From the NCBI GenBank assembly GCA_043228905.1, contig JBHGNT010000022.1, positions 10,044,001 through 10,108,000 on the forward strand: 64,000 nt of DNA. Direction: 5' to 3'. Below the pieces are notes generated by a model. That model saw only the letters and a program-made list of their open reading frames with translations, was not told the DNA's origin and did not search any database. The translations under genes were made by a program, and so were the position numbers. Shown piece by piece: positions 61,299 through 64,000 of this stretch. The DNA is from Azolla caroliniana. Lineage: Eukaryota; Plantae; Polypodiophyta. Every line of letters begins with the position of its first letter. The stretch's first letter is position 1.

Positions 61299-64000
61299 TG
61301 TCGTGAAGAAACCCATCCACAAGCGGAATCGGTGCACCGGAGCGTAGGAACCGGCTCTTCATACACGTGCGCCTTATGTTGTACATAGAAGATCCTCGGT
61401 AGGTAGGAAGTTAATAGGAAACGGCTCCTTCCTTGCCTATAAAAGGAGGGAGACAAGGAGGGGAGAGGGATCGCGGAGAGTCGAGGACGAAGTGTTGTCG
61501 GTTTGCGTGCGAAGGCTTCTCTCTCTCTCTCTGGTTCGCAAACTCCATAGCTTCCTTTTGTGCAGGTTTCGGGAGGCTCACACTGCGCTGAGGAATGCCC
61601 GAGTGCTTCCGGCAGCACCTCCAACCTGCTCCTGTCTTTCTGTGCGTTTACGAACAGGCATCGGCATCTGTTTGCCGGCCTGTTCGGTTGTAACCGACTT
61701 CGTGTTTTTGTTGCTTCCGTGTTCTTGTTGTTGTCTTTGTTAATACATACATACATTCGTGTCTCTCTGTGTCGCTGTCCCACTCGCGTCTTTGTGTCGA
61801 AGGGCCGTGTCCCTGTGAATCTACGTTCGCACGTAGTGGGTCTCTTGTCCTTTCTCTCTTGCTCTTCGGTACAGGACCCCTGAGGTCCCGCCTCATTCCA
61901 CGCATCCGTGAGGAAAACCTCGACATCTTGGTGAACCCGACGTGAAGGAGGCGGCAGAAGAGCAAAAGATGAAGGGGTCGGATCTTGCAGAGGCCATGGC
62001 TTCGGCCGTGGATTGGATATTGAGTGCACGCGAGGGCACCGGCGCCCTCGACAGAGCCATTGAGGCGGTCGTCGGTACGATCGGCCGGTTCAGCGGAAAG
62101 GATGCCACGAAGTATTTGGCGTCCTACGGGGCAGAAATGCTGATGCGGGACATTCCGGAAGAGAGGCGTCTTGCCGGGTTTCCTTGAGTGGCGATGCCGA
62201 GCATCCATGCGGAGGTGCTCGAGGTGCGGGCGGAGAGCCGTACCTGGGAGGAGTTCGAAGGCCGACTCCTAGAAAAATATAGGCTGGACGACGCGCTCCG
62301 GCTTTCGAAACGAGACTTCATGGAATGGGTGGAGTCCCCCAGCAAGGGAAGAAACGCATCGGCACTCCTCCGGGAGTTCGAAGAACGCTTTGCGCGCCTT
62401 TCGGCGCTTGACCGAACCGTTCTGGATACGAGCCGGGTCCTACTGTTTGTCAAGTCGGTGGACAAGCGGGACTAGGATCAAGTCGGCTCCTTGCTGGAAA
62501 CCGAAGACGGGTTGACGACAGACTGGGCTGCGGTTAAGAGAGTCTGTGGCCGTTTCGACAAACGGCGGGAATGGGCTGACAACGGGGCGGCCGGTGCGGG
62601 CTCTGTCACAGCAAGGAGGCTTGAACTGGCACCGCAAGGGCGAAGGGAAGAAACCCGGGAATGGCTCGAAACCGGTTCGTCTTCGACCGGCATGGTCAAT
62701 GGCTCGTCTGGAGGAGCAACGTTGGAGGAGTTGACGTGGGCGATAAAGGATCTCCAGATCGTCCAGACTCGAAGGGAAGGCGGTGAACCGGCTCGTGACC
62801 GACGGCCGGCAGCAGGGAACAGGTACATGTGGTGCGACGAGGTCGGCCACATTCGGAAGGACTGCGGCGATTTCGCAGAGGCGTTGAGGAACCAGGTGGT
62901 GTACCTGTGGCAAGGCCGGGTGCACGTCGGCGACACTAGAAGGGCCTTAAACCGAAACAACGGGCGAGGAGGTATGAAGAGACTGATGGAAGAGGCAGCG
63001 GCCCGACACGTGGAGGCCATCCACTACTCGGCGTCGGCCGGCATTCGGGTCGGGGGCAGCGAGGCCCGAAAGGAGAGCAAAGACGGATTCTGGTCGGCAA
63101 TGCTGGAAGGCCTGGCCGGCGCACAGTTGAGGAAAGACGAAGCGGACCATGCCGAGAGACGGGTCCGGGAAGTAACCGGGTGGAGCGATCCGGTCGAGGA
63201 GAAGACGGGCTTCGTAGAAGCCGCCTGCCGAAACTACGAGGCTCTGGTAGAAGACAAACGAGTGGGGAAAGCCGGAGCGGCCGGGCCCTCACAACGGTAC
63301 GAGACCCGGTTCGGGCAGCGACGGAACGATGCCGGTGGGCCCAGCTCGCAAGATAACCCCAGGAAGGGCGGATACCGATTGGGGACGGAAATAGAAAGGA
63401 CTACGGACCTACGAAAGGTCCTAGAAGAACAGATCCTCGACAGCAAAGTGGAGCTGTCATTGCGGGAGGTGCTAGGGATCGCCAAGAAGGAGTTCCACGA
63501 CTCCATTGTGGACTTGGTGAAACGAAAGAGGCTGTCGACGGAGACGGAACCGGAAAGACCGGTGGAGGTGCGGACGACGCGCATCGACGACATGGCACTG
63601 GAAGATGAGTGGGCGGAGAGCCACTATTCGAGGCCACACTGGGCCCGAGCGACCACGGAGACCCCGGTAAAGATCGGAGATGTTCAGGAACCGGTGGTGC
63701 CACTGGTGGACCATGGTTCGGAAATAAACCTGATGTCCATGGACTTCTATAAGAAGGGAAAATGGCCGATCAACACCAAGCACGGGTGGAAGATACGGGC
63801 GGCGACGCGGGCCACCGAGGAACTGCATGGGGCCTGCCCGAACGTGCGAGTCAAGATCGGCGACGTCGAGATTGACTAGCACTTCTTCGTACAGGAGACG
63901 TCCTCGCACCCGGTCATATTAGGTGAACCATACATCACAGCGGCGCGGATGGAGACCAAGGTGCTAGACAACGGTTCGGCCTACGCGAGGGTCAAAAGCC
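61299..64000 (+). mobile_element. Ty3/gypsy 5' part: LTR 61299-61925, tRNA-Trp PBS 61929-61946, gag-protease from ATG 61969, runs off the right edge
   Basis: TGTCGTG...CTCGACA; TGGTGAACCCGACGTGAA complements the 3' end of plant tRNA-Trp(CCA); degenerate knuckle YMWCDEVGHIRKDC; protease LVDHGSEINLM; in-frame stops at 62185, 62473 and 63877. Confidence 0.92.

Overview
Plant nuclear DNA, most likely a moss (Physcomitrium-like; inferred from the retroelement types, not proven). About 80% of the window is nested transposable elements. These include several Ty1/copia elements (tRNA-iMet PBS), an Athila-like gypsy with a large extra 3' ORF, a chromovirus, a tRNA-Trp-primed gypsy, solo LTRs, two L1-type LINEs, a hAT MITE, a small CACTA element and a probable CCCGGGGG-ended DNA transposon. 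One host gene is present: an apparently intact 14-exon malectin-like/LRR receptor kinase (LRR-I type, about 949 aa, minus strand, 34234-42166). Four observations stand out: (1) degenerate tRNA-like A-box/B-box modules lie antisense in the U3 of three unrelated LTR families; (2) TGTCG-ended LTRs repeatedly sit at 4-bp CpG-centred palindromes (CCGG, ACGT, ACGT); (3) a 4-kb element has bipartite CCCGGGGG inverted termini; (4) the Athila-like element has a ~2.9-kb extra ORF. All calls are by eye; no database searches were run.
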